DNA of 64,000 nucleotides from an uncultured Oscillospiraceae bacterium (GTDB lineage Bacteria; Bacillota; Clostridia; Oscillospirales; Ruminococcaceae): NCBI GenBank assembly GCA_949299455.1, contig CASGAN010000021.1, positions 2,886 to 66,885 of the forward strand, read 5' to 3'. Shown piece by piece: positions 62,778 to 64,000 of this stretch (position 1 is its first letter; each line of letters starts with the position of its first letter). The notes under the pieces were generated by a model. It saw only the letters and a program-made list of their open reading frames with translations, ran no database searches and was not told where the DNA came from. The position numbers and the translations under genes were made by a program.

Positions 62778-64000
62778 TTAAAACCGGAAGTCACGCAGGC
62801 CCTCGTCTAAGTCATGCAGGTGATCAAGCACAATCGAACGCACCTTTTCGTTTGGAATGTTCGCTGTTTCTTTCTCAATCATCTCGAGCGCCAATCGTTT
62901 GGTATCCGGGCTTGCATAGTCCTCCGCAAATTCCTTGAGCGTCATCAGCGCATTCGGATGGCAGCAGTTTGCGATCTGTCCCGATTTCACAAGCGACATG
63001 AACCGGTCGCCTGTACGTCCCTCACGATAACATGCGGTGCAGAAGCTCGGAATATAGCCAAGGCGCAAAAGCCAGTTAACAACCTCGTCAAGCGTGCGGT
63101 TGTCGCTGACGTCGAACTGCGCGGAGTTCTCCTCTTCCTCCTCCGGCTCCGCATAGCCGCCGACACTCGTCTTCGAGCCGCCGCTGATCTGCGAGACGCC
63201 GTAGCGGATGACCATTTCGCGTGTCCGTTTCGATTCACGGGTCGACACAATCAAGCCGGTATACGGCACGGCGATACGCAGAATTGCCACAATCTTCTGG
63301 AACAGCTCGTCGGAAATTGCATCCTTGAAGCTCTCTGCGTCGATGTCGTCTGCGTTGCGGATACGCGGCACGCTGATCGTATGCGGACCGACACCATGTA
63401 CAGCTTCCAAGTGCTCTGCGTGCATTAACAGGCCAATGAGATCATATTGGTAGAGATTGAGGCCGAACAGCACGCCGAGTCCCACGTCGTCAATACCGCC
63501 GTCCATTGCGCGGTCCATCGCCTCAGTATGATATGCGTAGTTGTGTTTCGGTCCCGTCGGATGCAGTTTCTCATACTGCTCCTTGTTGTACGTTTCCTGG
63601 AACAGAATATACGTACCGATGCCCGCCTCTTTGAGTTTTCTGTAATTTTCAACCGTGGTTGCGGCAATGTTTACATTCACGCGGCGGATTGCACCGTTTT
63701 TATGTTTGATCGAATAGATCGTTTTAATGCTCTCTAACACATATTCAATCGGACAGTTGACCGGGTCCTCGCCTGTTTCGAGTGCCAAACGCTTGTGACC
63801 CATATCCTGAAGTGCAGTCACCTCGCGGACAATCTCTTCCTGCGAGAGCTGTTTGCGGCAGATGTGCTTGTTCTGATGGTGATACGGACAGTAAATACAG
63901 CCGTTTACACAGTAGTTCGACAGGTACAGCGGCGCAAACATGACGATCCGGTTGCCGTAAAATTTCTGCTTGATCTCCGATGCGAGCGCAAACATTTTTT
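62778..64000 (-). CDS. hydG: [FeFe]-hydrogenase maturase HydG (radical SAM tyrosine lyase), 5' end outside the window
   Basis: Radical SAM motif YCVNGCIYC plus the HydG-specific C-terminal CX2CX22C (CTACYREGRTGDRFMSLVKSGQIANCC). The frame is open to the window end. Confidence 0.8.
   Translation of the reverse strand, partial: KMFALASEIKQKFYGNRIVMFAPLYLSNYCVNGCIYCPYHHQNKHICRKQLSQEEIVREVTALQDMGHKRLALETGEDPVNCPIEYVLESIKTIYSIKHKNGAIRRVNVNIAATTVENYRKLKEAGIGTYILFQETYNKEQYEKLHPTGPKHNYAYHTEAMDRAMDGGIDDVGLGVLFGLNLYQYDLIGLLMHAEHLEAVHGVGPHTISVPRIRNADDIDAESFKDAISDELFQKIVAILRIAVPYTGLIVSTRESKRTREMVIRYGVSQISGGSKTSVGGYAEPEEEEENSAQFDVSDNRTLDEVVNWLLRLGYIPSFCTACYREGRTGDRFMSLVKSGQIANCCHPNALMTLKEFAEDYASPDTKRLALEMIEKETANIPNEKVRSIVLDHLHDLDEGLRDFRF

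Overview
This window looks like a Clostridia-type Firmicute chromosome, inferred from gene content: a SpoVE/SpoVD-style dcw cluster, HydG, a NifU-like/GGGtGRT pair and many TTGnnn-17-TATAAT promoters. Most of it is housekeeping. On the left are mreB, comF, recD2, prfB, nadA, prfC, tRNA-Arg(CCG), secDF, purB, rbsK and queT with a preQ1-I riboswitch. On the right are secA, corA and a long minus-strand dcw cluster (mraZ-rsmH-ftsL-PBP-murE-murF-mraY-ftsW-murG-murA-ftsQ-ftsZ), then a LexA-box radical-SAM/DUF4130 DNA-repair pair with a divergent WYL regulator, and a partial hydG. Two regions look accessory. The first (11.2-17.4 kb) is a lower-GC operon with two tandem mosaic lipoprotein paralogues, an 800-aa fused permease and an ABC ATPase, preceded by a consensus promoter and a leader terminator. 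The second (29.6-37.5 kb) is a 7.7-kb AT-rich island bounded by perfect 99-bp direct repeats that duplicate the 3' end of the GGGtGRT gene. The island carries a tyrosine integrase at one end and a small serine recombinase with res-like sites at the other. Its cargo is an RHH + WYL regulator pair facing a translationally coupled membrane/zinc-ribbon pair, a compact 407-aa SF2 helicase with an attenuator-like leader, a 110-aa protein and two paralogous basic proteins. I flag this cargo as the best candidate for an uncharacterised, possibly defence or exclusion, system. Function is inference only, and no nuclease or other effector domain was recognised by eye. No CRISPR array, rRNA or IS element was seen.
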